From: Escherichia phage vB_EcoM_LNA6
Strand: one strand, 5' to 3'
DNA: 64,000 nt
Sequence record: OM630585.1
Numbering within the stretch: the stretch's first letter is position 1; each line of letters starts with the position of its first letter. Positions 40,155 to 47,859 of the stretch are shown here, in pieces. Position numbers and translations under genes: made by a program. The notes under the pieces were generated by a model that worked only from the letters and a program-made list of their open reading frames with translations, did not search any database and was not told the origin of the DNA.

Positions 40155-40481
40155 ATGCAGATTAATGGAAGAGACTTTGTAGCCGTTTACTACGAGAAAG
40201 ATAAAGAAGTTGGCGTAGCACAAGTGTCTTATGGCAATGGTAAGTGGCTATATGGAACAATCACAGTAGTAGGAACAAGAAGTGATACAAAAACTTTTAA
40301 AGATTGTGTTGACCTTCTTGAAGAATCCATCCAGAATCATTGGTGTCTGATATGGATGACTGACAATGAAGTGATAGAACGCTTCAAAAAGATTGATATC
40401 AACATTGATAGTATTGAGCATGTTGATTTATATGAGCTAACTGAGAAGGTAAACTATGAGAGCAATTTTAGCCAGAGATAA
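40155..40481 (+). CDS. hypothetical protein
   Basis: 108 aa ORF. Confidence 0.35.
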   Translation: MQINGRDFVAVYYEKDKEVGVAQVSYGNGKWLYGTITVVGTRSDTKTFKDCVDLLEESIQNHWCLIWMTDNEVIERFKKIDINIDSIEHVDLYELTEKVNYESNFSQR

Positions 40482-40683
40482 AAAGACACGGAAACTCATC
40501 AGGTCAGCAGTATTCATTGGAAGAAATGAAGTCATCCCGTTTACAGCAAACGATGTGATAGCCTACAGGAAAAACTTAGTATTTAGTGATTGCTTACGTG
40601 GCTTCATCTCTGAACCATTGGAAGACTTTAAAAGTCGTTGTGGTAAAGGTATCATCATTCAAGAGGCAATTATTCATGGCTGA
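40456..40683 (+). CDS. hypothetical protein
   Basis: 75 aa ORF. Confidence 0.3.
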   Translation: MRAILARDKKTRKLIRSAVFIGRNEVIPFTANDVIAYRKNLVFSDCLRGFISEPLEDFKSRCGKGIIIQEAIIHG

Positions 40684-40876
40684 CTTCTGTAAAGACTGTT
40701 CTATCGAAATGTTCGGACGTGATACAGGTGACTTAAAAGGTCTTATCACTGAAGATGATTTTAAAGCTGGTTATGCAATGCCAGTAATCTGTGAAGGTTG
40801 TGGGTGCATCTGGGTAGACCACGAAGGACAACGTGTAAAACCTTCAGAAGATAAAGAATCTTGGGAGAGATGCTAA
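40677..40876 (+). CDS. Cys-rich small protein (hypothetical)
   Basis: MADFCKDC...CEGCGC; start adjusted to ATG inside track ORF 40586..40876. Confidence 0.3.
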
Positions 40877-41662
40877 ATGGGTATTGTAAAAATCATCAAT
40901 GGGGATATCTTCTCCGCATTTGATAAAGGTAAGTTTGATATTATTGGTCACGGTTGCAACTGTATGAATTTAATGGGTGCAGGTATCGCTGACAAGATTT
41001 CTAAACTTTACCCAAAAGCATATGAGACCGATACAGAAGTTTATCTGTATGCAGGTGGCATAGGCCACAAACCCTGTGAAAATTTACTAGGGAATTTCTC
41101 TGTAGCACGTTTAGAACAAGGCCGTATAGCTAACCTTTACACACAACTTCATACTGGTAAAGATGCCAGATACAGTGCTTTAGAGTCATCTTTGAAGAAA
41201 CTTAACAGGTACTGTGAAGTCAATCAGTTGAAGAAAGTCGGGTTACCTATGATTGGCGCAGGTATCGGTGGACTAGACCCTCAAGCCGTCACAGTTATCA
41301 TTAATCAGGTGATGAAGAGTGTAGATGTTTATCTGTATGTCTACGAAGGAGAGATGTACCACAAGTTACGCTCAGGTTGGAATAACTACTGTGAACCAGA
41401 ATACTTTGCAGGTGTAGTAATGTTCACAGATGATACGGTTACCCTCTTCAGACGAAGAAAAGGTAAGATACATCAAAGTAACCCTCCGGTTGAAAAGATG
41501 TCTCTAAGTAACGCTCTAGTTACCCACCTGTCAAAGAGCAATCACAGAATTGCTGTAACATTTGGTAGTGATGCAGAAGCTTATATCTATGCAAGAACTG
41601 ATGAGGATATCGAGGCAATCTTCTCTTCACCAGAAGTTACCTTCTTAGACGCAAAGAACTAA
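40877..41662 (+). CDS. macro-domain protein (ADP-ribose binding/processing)
   Basis: 261 aa; N-terminal IINGDIF...IIGHGCNCMNLMGAGIA matches macro-domain core. Confidence 0.6.
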   Translation: MGIVKIINGDIFSAFDKGKFDIIGHGCNCMNLMGAGIADKISKLYPKAYETDTEVYLYAGGIGHKPCENLLGNFSVARLEQGRIANLYTQLHTGKDARYSALESSLKKLNRYCEVNQLKKVGLPMIGAGIGGLDPQAVTVIINQVMKSVDVYLYVYEGEMYHKLRSGWNNYCEPEYFAGVVMFTDDTVTLFRRRKGKIHQSNPPVEKMSLSNALVTHLSKSNHRIAVTFGSDAEAYIYARTDEDIEAIFSSPEVTFLDAKN

Positions 41663-41734
41663 GAAACTCTGTAGTATATTCACAATAGCCTAAGCCTTTC
41701 TTATCTGGTAAATTTTTCAGGTAAGGAGGGCTTT

Positions 41735-41935
41735 TTCATTTTAGAATTGTGCAGGTAGAGTTCTGTAGAGAAATCTGTAGAGAGAATTTTGAACTCCAAA
41801 GGGAAAATTCATTTTCAAACTGTGCAGGTAATCTCCAAAGAGCTTTTTCATTTTCAAAACGTGCAGAGAAAAATCAGGTCGGGCAAGAAAAATCATTTTA
41901 GAATTGTGCAGGTAGGTGGGGGTAGGTGGGGATGT
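41735..41935 (+). repeat. four direct repeats tttCATTTTnnAAnTGTGCAGGTA plus G-rich tandem ggtaggtgggggtaggtgggg
   Basis: Copies near 41735, 41808, 41846 and 41890 upstream of the early-array promoter. Confidence 0.5.
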
Positions 41936-42091
41936 CGCCATTTCTCACAAGGCTACCACATCCGAAAAGAAAAGTCAACAGAAAAATTTGTAGCGGATTG
42001 AAAAATAATTCTTGATTTGTGTTCTGTTTTGTGGTATTCGCGTGCGCCCGTTTCATTACATTTTTGCCAAAAATATTTTTAAAATTTTTTC

Positions 42092-42120
42092 TTGACTCTT
42101 TGAACGGGTTTTTATAGTAT
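42092..42120 (+). promoter_or_regulatory. sigma70-like promoter of early array
   Basis: TTGACT, about 15-17 bp spacer, TATAGT; 50 bp upstream of first early ORF. Confidence 0.5.
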
Positions 42121-42172
42121 TTGCATCAGACGGGGCGACAAGCCTAACAACCTTAAACTAGGAGATTCAAAA

Positions 42173-42553
42173 ATGGCATATCGTGCACCTAAATTCATCA
42201 ACAAAGACAACTTTCGCAACGCACTGGAGAAGTCACTTGATGAAAATTTTAAAGGTAACATTATCGTTGTTCACGCATTCAATTTTAAGTATGATGTAAA
42301 CGGGAATAGAATCAACCATTACACGGCAACCATGTTAGATGGTACACTTTCAAGTGAAAAAGCCGTACTAAATGCACTGGCAGGACGTGGAAAGGTATTA
42401 GTAAGATGTGATAAGAGACGTTATCAGGGCGGCGCATATGGTTATGATGATGCTGTTTACCATCTTGAAAATATGGGCTATCAAGTAGAAAAAGCTGGAG
42501 CATCACAAATCATCGGCAGCGATGGTTATGTAACTATCTTCAAAATTAACTGA
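42173..42553 (+). CDS. early-array small protein 1 (hypothetical)
   Basis: 126 aa; promoter TTGACT-N-TATAGT and conserved CTAGGAGATTCAAAA-ATG leader upstream. Confidence 0.45.
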   Translation: MAYRAPKFINKDNFRNALEKSLDENFKGNIIVVHAFNFKYDVNGNRINHYTATMLDGTLSSEKAVLNALAGRGKVLVRCDKRRYQGGAYGYDDAVYHLENMGYQVEKAGASQIIGSDGYVTIFKIN

Positions 42554-42555
42554 TA

Positions 42556-42642
42556 AAGTACTTTACAGGGGGCTTATAGTTCGATAAAGTAAGCCCCAGA
42601 TAAAGAGCTTTACCACTAAATCCTAAATTGGAGAACTTAAAA
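42556..42642 (+). repeat. early-array intergenic module, hairpin type
   Basis: gggggctta-loop-taagcccc hairpin + agataaagagctttaccactaaatcctaaa + GGAGA-N8-ATG. Confidence 0.6.
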
Positions 42643-42936
42643 ATGGCTATTATCAAAAACGTTGTAATTACTGCAAAGACTCGTGATGACGCTCGCGTTA
42701 TGGCTAAAAAGTTATGCGGGAAAGTGGTTGACAACGGAAAACAATCTGCTGTAAGGTGGGGCGTGAAGGTTGATAAACAGTTGAAGTTAAAAAATTCACC
42801 GATAAACCTTTTTACATGTGCAAACACTATCGGGAAGACAACTGTATACACGAAAAAGGCATACATTAGACGCGTAGCATTAACATCCCCCATTCGTACA
42901 ATGAGAAGTTATGCAAAGCTGAAAATTAACAAATAA
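42643..42936 (+). CDS. early-array small protein 2 (hypothetical)
   Basis: ATG after conserved leader; track start was an upstream TTG. Confidence 0.45.
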   Translation: MAIIKNVVITAKTRDDARVMAKKLCGKVVDNGKQSAVRWGVKVDKQLKLKNSPINLFTCANTIGKTTVYTKKAYIRRVALTSPIRTMRSYAKLKINK

Positions 42937-43021
42937 AGTACTTTACAGGGGGCTTAAAAGTTGATATCTTAAGCCCCAGATAAAGAGCTTTACCACTAAA
43001 TCCTAAACTGGAGATTCAAAA
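42937..43021 (+). repeat. early-array intergenic module, hairpin type
   Basis: Same stem and 3' leader as 42556 with a different loop sequence. Confidence 0.6.
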
Positions 43022-43534
43022 ATGAAAACTGTAGACGCTACCTTTGAAGTTGTAAAAGAAAAATTCACCATTATTTACGAAGCTGTCAATTGTTATGAAG
43101 CAAGCCATAATCTTGATAATTGGAAGTTTACAGATGACCATCAAGGCGGCGTGACTATTAAAAACCCCAATTGTCAGCGTAATGATTTTAAATATGCAAT
43201 CCCTTTAAATTATAGCCTTAAACAGCTTTCTAGTGACTATGCAAAACAAGGCCGGGAAAATCCATCAAAAGAGGCTTACGCAAGCTTACAGAAAGAACTA
43301 GAAAGAGATTTAGAGGCTTCAGAGTACAACCTTGCCGCGAAAGTTGTGGATGCAAACGGTAACACGGTTTTAGAAAGTTTTTATCTTGGTTATGCTTTCG
43401 ATTGGTGTTATCGTGACGGCGATGATTTAGAGGATAGACTAAAAGAAGAGGTGAACAACGCAGACGCAGAATCTGAAGTATTAGAACGTTTGGAATCATT
43501 GAAAGACTCAGTGATGAATATCTTTAAGAACTAA
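43022..43534 (+). CDS. early-array protein 3 (hypothetical)
   Basis: 170 aa after conserved leader module. Confidence 0.45.
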   Translation: MKTVDATFEVVKEKFTIIYEAVNCYEASHNLDNWKFTDDHQGGVTIKNPNCQRNDFKYAIPLNYSLKQLSSDYAKQGRENPSKEAYASLQKELERDLEASEYNLAAKVVDANGNTVLESFYLGYAFDWCYRDGDDLEDRLKEEVNNADAESEVLERLESLKDSVMNIFKN

Positions 43535-43626
43535 ATAGATTTCTTTACACGGGGTTATCAAGCTGGTAGGATAGCCCCAGATAAAGAGATTTATCAAATA
43601 AAGCCCTTAAACTAGGAGATTCTAAA
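43535..43626 (+). repeat. early-array intergenic module, diverged hairpin type
   Basis: cacggggttatc...gatagccccagataaagag... followed by conserved leader. Confidence 0.5.
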
Positions 43627-43923
43627 ATGAAATTATCAAATCAAGTGCGTGAAAATTTGAGCAAATTACTCAACAAAATTGATTTCATTGAAACATCAAG
43701 GAATAGTCATGATGTTATGGAATGGTTACACGGCAAAATAAAAGGTCGTCGTGTAGTGATTTGCTTATGGAATAGCTGCAGGGAGTATAAAAAACCTGTA
43801 TTGCAAGTCAATATTTATGATGACACCTTTAAAAGTCCTGTAAAGTCTAAAAGCGATTTATTAGAATCCTATGAGATAACTGTAAATGGCAAAGTATCAC
43901 GTAAAGAGGAATCGCCATGCTGA
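43627..43923 (+). CDS. early-array protein 4 (hypothetical)
   Basis: 98 aa after conserved leader module. Confidence 0.45.
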   Translation: MKLSNQVRENLSKLLNKIDFIETSRNSHDVMEWLHGKIKGRRVVICLWNSCREYKKPVLQVNIYDDTFKSPVKSKSDLLESYEITVNGKVSRKEESPC

Positions 43924-44249
43924 TGATTGGTATCACTGCAACCATTGCCATTTTCGCGCTATATAAGGCATATAAAGCCTATAATCTAGCAAATAAGGCA
44001 ATCACACAACAGGTTAGCAATAACCTTGTAGGGAGCTTTCTAGAGCGTTTAAATGATGAGCAAATAAAGCGGCTAGAGATGAGCTTCAGATACAAAGCGA
44101 AAACCTATCAGATAAGTGACATCTTCAAAGATGATTTTCAGTTAGTTGATGATTATAATTCTCTGATAAATGCTTTAAATATCAGTGACTTAAAAGACTA
44201 CTACGCTGTAATTGTTCAAGAATTGAGCAAACGAAAACAAAGTGTTTGA
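43917..44249 (+). CDS. early-array protein 5 (membrane, hypothetical)
   Basis: 110 aa, N-terminal hydrophobic helix; start overlaps previous stop. Confidence 0.4.
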   Translation: MLMIGITATIAIFALYKAYKAYNLANKAITQQVSNNLVGSFLERLNDEQIKRLEMSFRYKAKTYQISDIFKDDFQLVDDYNSLINALNISDLKDYYAVIVQELSKRKQSV

Positions 44250-44274
44250 CACTGGTTTTTAGATAGATTAAATT
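44246..44274 (+). promoter_or_regulatory. sigma70-like promoter inside module
   Basis: TTGACA, 17-bp spacer, TAAATT. Confidence 0.5.
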
Positions 44275-44340
44275 ACACATCAACGGGGAGGGAATGACCT
44301 TCCCCACTAAATAAAGTCCTTAAACTAGGAGATTCAAAAA
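44250..44340 (+). repeat. early-array intergenic module, promoter type
   Basis: TTGACActggtttttagatagatTAAATT + atcaacggggagggaatgaccttcccc hairpin + conserved leader. Confidence 0.6.
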
Positions 44341-44613
44341 ATGTATACTACTAACAACGGTCGTACTTTAAATGTCACTCTACGTCACTATGTAGATGGT
44401 GTAATGTGCTTTGAGGATTTACAAGCTGAGCAACATATCTTAAATTGGCAAGTAGCAGGACTCCAAAAAACTACTACCGGATACGGTAAAAAGATTCCAA
44501 CCAGTTGGAAAGTACACTACGAAGGGCGTTTGCGTAGAATTTATCAAGATGTTTGTAGCAATAGCGCATCGAGTTACATCATGGTAAAAGGTAAAAAGCT
44601 GCATTTAGTGTAA
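44341..44613 (+). CDS. early-array protein 6 (hypothetical)
   Basis: 90 aa after promoter-type module. Confidence 0.45.
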   Translation: MYTTNNGRTLNVTLRHYVDGVMCFEDLQAEQHILNWQVAGLQKTTTGYGKKIPTSWKVHYEGRLRRIYQDVCSNSASSYIMVKGKKLHLV

Positions 44614-44698
44614 AGTACTTTACAAGGGGTTTATAGTTCGATAAAGTAAGCCCCAGATAAAGAGCTTTACCACTAAATCCTAAATTGGAGATTCTAAA
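44614..44698 (+). repeat. early-array intergenic module, hairpin type
   Basis: Near-identical to 42556 module. Confidence 0.6.
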
Positions 44699-45103
44699 AT
44701 GGCTATTAACAACCGTGAGTTATCAATCTTAAAAGCGCGTTTGACCGTTAACCGGATTAATGTTATCACGTCATCATCACCGGACGAAACATTACACAAC
44801 ATTATCGGGAAGATTCAAAGTATTATCTTAGACGTTGAAAATGTAAAAAGCTCATTGGCTGACGTTGCAGCAGGTATCACGCTAGACGGCGCACAATATG
44901 AAATGGTTGACATGTTAGGCAAATCGAAGGTAATGAATAAAGAGCTTGATTTAAAAATGTTTCGATTTGCCGTGAAAGTATGGTTATCTGTCGAGTATGA
45001 CGCTAATTTTGCAATCGCTGATTTCTTTGCCACTTGGTTACAACGTAATTTGACAAATCATGATTTTCGTGATGTCTGTGATGCAATTTATGCAGAACTC
45101 TAA
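44699..45103 (+). CDS. early-array protein 7 (hypothetical)
   Basis: 134 aa after hairpin-type module. Confidence 0.45.
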   Translation: MAINNRELSILKARLTVNRINVITSSSPDETLHNIIGKIQSIILDVENVKSSLADVAAGITLDGAQYEMVDMLGKSKVMNKELDLKMFRFAVKVWLSVEYDANFAIADFFATWLQRNLTNHDFRDVCDAIYAEL

Positions 45104-45204
45104 AAAATTTTGTTGACACTGGTTTTTAGATAGATTAAATTACACATCAACGGGGAGGGAATGACCTTCCCCACTAAATAAAATCCTAAACTGGAGATTC
45201 TAAA
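45104..45204 (+). repeat. early-array intergenic module, promoter type
   Basis: Near-identical to 44250 module including TTGACA-N17-TAAATT. Confidence 0.6.
45113..45141 (+). promoter_or_regulatory. sigma70-like promoter inside module
   Basis: TTGACA, 17-bp spacer, TAAATT; identical to 44246 copy. Confidence 0.5.
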
Positions 45205-45408
45205 ATGGCTATTATTAACGGCTTACACATTGAAACAACTCACATCAAAGATATTAAAGTTGGTGATGTAGTCCTTTCCCACGGCGTAGAGAAAACTGTC
45301 ACTGCAAAGGATATCAAAGAGGACTCTTTCATGGGTAGGACTCTCTTCGGTGATTCTTATTGCTTAGGTTATCTTGCAGTTTTAAAAGTTGTCAAAAATA
45401 ACAAATAA
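45205..45408 (+). CDS. early-array protein 8 (hypothetical)
   Basis: 67 aa after promoter-type module. Confidence 0.4.
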   Translation: MAIINGLHIETTHIKDIKVGDVVLSHGVEKTVTAKDIKEDSFMGRTLFGDSYCLGYLAVLKVVKNNK

Positions 45409-45495
45409 AGTACTTTACAGGGGGCTTGGAAGTTGATATCTTAAGCCCCAGATAAAGAGCTTTATCACTCAATCCTTAAACTAGGAGATTCAAAA
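45409..45495 (+). repeat. early-array intergenic module, hairpin type
   Basis: Same stem as 42937 module with variant loop. Confidence 0.6.
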
Positions 45496-46038
45496 ATGAA
45501 ATGCTATCACGGAACTACTCAAGAAAATTTCCTCAACCTGATTAATAACGGTGATAAACCATCAGGCGCATGGAATTGTTCGGATATGGACGGCAATTTT
45601 TACGTGTATCCAGAAAATAAAATCTATGGCGACGATGAGGAAGAGATAACATCAGAAGGCATCCAGCAAGCTCTAGGCAATGCCACTATCACCGCAGCTT
45701 TTCAGATGAAGACTCAAAATATTGTTATCTTAGAACTCGATATTCCAGAGGATGAGCTGAATGACGATTATTCTTGTGATAATATGTCGAGTGTAGCAAG
45801 TTTTACAGAGTACTTTGATGTAAATTGGATTAAAAAGGTCTATACAACAGAGTTTAACGCTATGTATTCACCTTTTTGTCTTCCTTCATTGGATAACCCA
45901 AATTTAAACTATCTTGATGAGTCTCTGGAGCTTCTTGCTAAAAGTGTTCAACAGTCGGACAGTATTCAGGTTTTTTGTGACATCATGGACACGCTGACAG
46001 GAAACATCACAGAAGAGGATTTAAAGAGCTTTTTCTAA
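45496..46038 (+). CDS. early-array protein 9 (hypothetical, acidic)
   Basis: 180 aa after hairpin-type module. Confidence 0.45.
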   Translation: MKCYHGTTQENFLNLINNGDKPSGAWNCSDMDGNFYVYPENKIYGDDEEEITSEGIQQALGNATITAAFQMKTQNIVILELDIPEDELNDDYSCDNMSSVASFTEYFDVNWIKKVYTTEFNAMYSPFCLPSLDNPNLNYLDESLELLAKSVQQSDSIQVFCDIMDTLTGNITEEDLKSFF

Positions 46039-46070
46039 AAACCTACACAATCACCTTATAAACACTGATT

Positions 46071-46091
46071 AGCCCCTTGTAGGGGCTTTTA
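46071..46091 (+). terminator. intrinsic terminator
   Basis: agccccTTGTAggggct + TTTT. Confidence 0.5.
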
Positions 46092-46104
46092 GAGGGCTTA
46101 AATC

Positions 46105-46338
46105 ATGCTAACAACCGTTTATCTCATCCTCTCAATTTGTAATGGCCATTCATGTGACTTTAAAGGGCTTGAGGAGTTCACAGGAAGTAAAGAAAATGCT
46201 ATTCAAGTTTGCCAGATAGCAAGACAAGACTATCCCGCCAGTGATGATATACAATGCTACTTTAAGACAGAAGATGAAGAAGGAATCTATTTCGACAGTG
46301 TTGATGGTCAATATGAAATTATCATTGAAAAAGACTAG
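46105..46338 (+). CDS. early-array protein 10 (hypothetical)
   Basis: 77 aa; preceded by terminator-like hairpin rather than a full module. Confidence 0.4.
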   Translation: MLTTVYLILSICNGHSCDFKGLEEFTGSKENAIQVCQIARQDYPASDDIQCYFKTEDEEGIYFDSVDGQYEIIIEKD

Positions 46339-46430
46339 ACAAGCCTGATAAAAGTCTGTAAATTGTCAATCAACGGGGAGGGAATGACCTTCCCCACTAA
46401 GTAAAGTCCTTAAACTAGGAGATTCCAAAA
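46339..46430 (+). repeat. early-array intergenic module, promoter type
   Basis: gtaaattgtcaatcaacggggagggaatgaccttcccc + conserved leader. Confidence 0.55.
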
Positions 46431-46772
46431 ATGGCTTATGTAACCGTAGTAACCGATAAAGCTGGCTCATCTTGGTCAACTCAGGTTAGTGATAAGATGT
46501 CGCCTATGCAGTGCCTAAAATACTTTGAACAGTGGAACAAAGGCGAGGACACAAGCCCCTTTCAAGTGATGCAGATTATCCATGTAGACAACGAAGGGAA
46601 GAAAACAACTCTGAATAGTGAGTACTATGCAAGCCGTTTTGAAACGAGAAGTAAAACAATGAAGCTTCTACGTGAATCCGGTTATACCCATATCGCCGCG
46701 TTAATCTGGGATGACCTGATAAAAAGTCAACGTATCAGTTATGTAAAGCCTGAAAAAATATTCATCAGTTAA
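46431..46772 (+). CDS. early-array protein 11 (hypothetical)
   Basis: 113 aa after promoter-type module. Confidence 0.45.
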   Translation: MAYVTVVTDKAGSSWSTQVSDKMSPMQCLKYFEQWNKGEDTSPFQVMQIIHVDNEGKKTTLNSEYYASRFETRSKTMKLLRESGYTHIAALIWDDLIKSQRISYVKPEKIFIS

Positions 46773-46904
46773 TCAATAACTTACAAAAAACTTTTAAAAA
46801 AGTGTTGACAATACCCCTTGACATTGGTAACTTTGTTCGAGGGGGTTTATCTAAAAGGGATTAACTTAAAAGATTCTTTATAGATAAGCTTAAAAAATTG
46901 CTTG

Positions 46905-46992
46905 CAATCAGCTATCAAAACAAGTAAATTACTAATCAACGGGAGGTAATAGCCTCCCCACTAAACAAAGTCCTTAAACTAGGAGAGTCAAA
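46905..46992 (+). repeat. early-array intergenic module, promoter-type variant
   Basis: gtaaattactaatcaacgggaggtaatagcctcccc + conserved leader; compensatory changes keep the hairpin. Confidence 0.5.
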
Positions 46993-47523
46993 ATGAACAA
47001 GTTTAAAGCTATCAACTTCATTCGTTCAAATGCTGTAATGTCAAAACCTGTAAAAGACACATACGAATTTCGCTGCAATGGGGTACACTTTGCAACCATC
47101 ACTAAGTCAGAAAACGGGGCTTATTACATTCATCGCCGTAATGTTTCTACTGTTGTAGTCTCTCACTTTATGCAAGCTGTAGCGGAATTATTGCCGTTAT
47201 TCTTAGAGATTTATCTAGATGAGTGTAAAAACGTTCACAACCACGTTAAAAACCTTTTAAACGGTTATAAAATGGCTTATGAACGTTCTATCAAGTCGCT
47301 AAACAAGTTCTATAAAGCCCCTGAAAATACTGTATCAATAGCTTATGATGTAAGCGGTGAAATGGTCAACCTCTCCAATGTAGAACAAATTGGCCTTTAT
47401 GACTCACGTCCTAGCGGTTACTCTAAGACACTGGGAGAAGGTTTATCTTTCAATATCAAGAACTTAGAAAAAACTTTAAAAGATATTGAAAAAGATATTG
47501 ACGAAACAATCAAAAGTCTGTAA
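46993..47523 (+). CDS. early-array protein 12 (hypothetical)
   Basis: 176 aa after module variant. Confidence 0.45.
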   Translation: MNKFKAINFIRSNAVMSKPVKDTYEFRCNGVHFATITKSENGAYYIHRRNVSTVVVSHFMQAVAELLPLFLEIYLDECKNVHNHVKNLLNGYKMAYERSIKSLNKFYKAPENTVSIAYDVSGEMVNLSNVEQIGLYDSRPSGYSKTLGEGLSFNIKNLEKTLKDIEKDIDETIKSL

Positions 47524-47602
47524 ATTGTCAATCAACGGGGAGGGAATGACCTTCCCCGCTAAACAAAACCCTTAATCAACTTCCTAAACTGGAGATTCTA
47601 AA
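47524..47602 (+). repeat. early-array intergenic module, promoter type
   Basis: gtaaattgtcaatcaacggggagggaatgaccttcccc + leader. Confidence 0.55.
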
Positions 47603-47851
47603 ATGGCTACTATCCGCGCAACTGTTAACGAATTTGGCTTCTACTCTCTGGACGTTAAATTTGACCTTGTAGGTACTGATAACGCCTTTGAAATGGTGAA
47701 AGGCCTTATCAGCCAGACCATCAGTGACTACAACCCCTCTGATGAATTCTGGAAAGAAACAAAAGAGGAAGTTCTCAAAGAGGGTTATACATACCACTAC
47801 TGGGGTGAAAAAATTGTCTCCTTGTACTACGACAAAGAAGGCACTAACTAA
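47603..47851 (+). CDS. early-array protein 13 (hypothetical)
   Basis: 82 aa, last gene of array, followed by terminator. Confidence 0.45.
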   Translation: MATIRATVNEFGFYSLDVKFDLVGTDNAFEMVKGLISQTISDYNPSDEFWKETKEEVLKEGYTYHYWGEKIVSLYYDKEGTN

Positions 47852-47859
47852 ACGCCGCA

